Source: Octopus bimaculoides
Taxonomy: Eukaryota
DNA: 35,625 nucleotides
Direction: 5' to 3'
Assembly: GCF_001194135.2 (NCBI RefSeq)
Contig: NC_068982.1
Span: 177,450,611 to 177,486,235, forward strand
Below, one piece after another: positions 35,018 through 35,625 of this stretch. Both the position numbers and the translations under genes were made by a program. The notes beneath the pieces are model-generated. The model did not search any database. It had not been told where the DNA came from and saw only the letters and a program-made list of their open reading frames with translations. The first letter of the stretch is position 1. Every line of letters begins with the position of its first letter.

Positions 35018-35625
35018 ATCAAATCATCCCATAAGTTCTGCCCGAATTTTGAATAAAGAAAACAAGTGATCACATGTTATATTTAATTGAAATTTAATCA
35101 TCAATGTACTTTCCCTGATTATCTATGACTTTCTTCCATCTATTTACAAGCTTTTAATCCCATCAATGTAAGACTCCTTTGGTTTCAAAGCGAAGAACTC
35201 TGAAATGTCAGTTTCGACCTCCTCCTGGTATGCGAAAGTTATATCCCCCAAATGATTCTGTAAACTACGAAATAAATGGTAGTCTGAAGGAGCAAGGTCA
35301 GGAGGAAAAGTGGATGAGGAATTTTTTCCCAACCAAGCTCTTCAATCTTCTGTGATATGATCTTTGCAGTGTGGGGTCGCGCATTGTCCTGATGAAACAT
35401 CACTCCTTTTCGATTCACTAAAGTGAGTCTTTTTTTCTTCAAAGCTTTGTTCAAACGCTCTAATTGCTGACAGTAGACTTGAGCGTTGATTGTTGCATTA
35501 GGTGGTAACAATTCAAAGTGAATTACTCCTTTGCAATCCCACCAGATAGAGAGAAGAACCTTTTTCCCATGAAGTTCCCTTCTCGCTTGTGGTTGAGCTT
35601 TTTCCCTTTTACCAGGCCACTGTTT
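35018..35625 (-). mobile_element. 3' half of a mariner element, extending beyond the window
   Basis: Minus strand: LPPNATINAQVYCQQLERL..FHQDNARPH..LGWEKIPHP / PDLAPSDYHLFRSLQNHL..YIDGIKSL / NRWKKVIDNQGKYIDD*. TIR-like sequence at about 35018-35044. Confidence 0.95.

Overview
Repeat-dominated animal genomic DNA, with seven N-gaps and very dense microsatellites. The tRNA-derived SINE families resemble those known from octopods, so the source is probably a cephalopod; this is inferred from repeat types only. No intact protein-coding gene could be supported, and nearly all ORFs in the supplied track are microsatellite or gap artefacts. Recognisable relics: a pogo/Tigger transposase, a CR1/L2-type LINE reverse transcriptase (RT), an R4/Dong-type LINE with a restriction-like endonuclease (RLE) inserted in an (ATT)n run, three mariner relics, a mariner MITE, a Tc1 transposase, a Penelope-like GIY-YIG endonuclease present as a large inverted pair, a degenerate THAP-domain ORF, a Helitron-like 3' end and at least eight SINE copies. 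The most notable non-obvious signal is a complete minimal type I hammerhead ribozyme fold at 9663-9755. It lies inside a 539-bp fold-back insertion with an 8-bp target-site duplication (TSD), and several degenerate hammerhead-like motifs and long palindromes occur elsewhere, pointing to a family of Penelope-derived non-autonomous elements. No database search or folding program was run; translations and pairings were read by hand.
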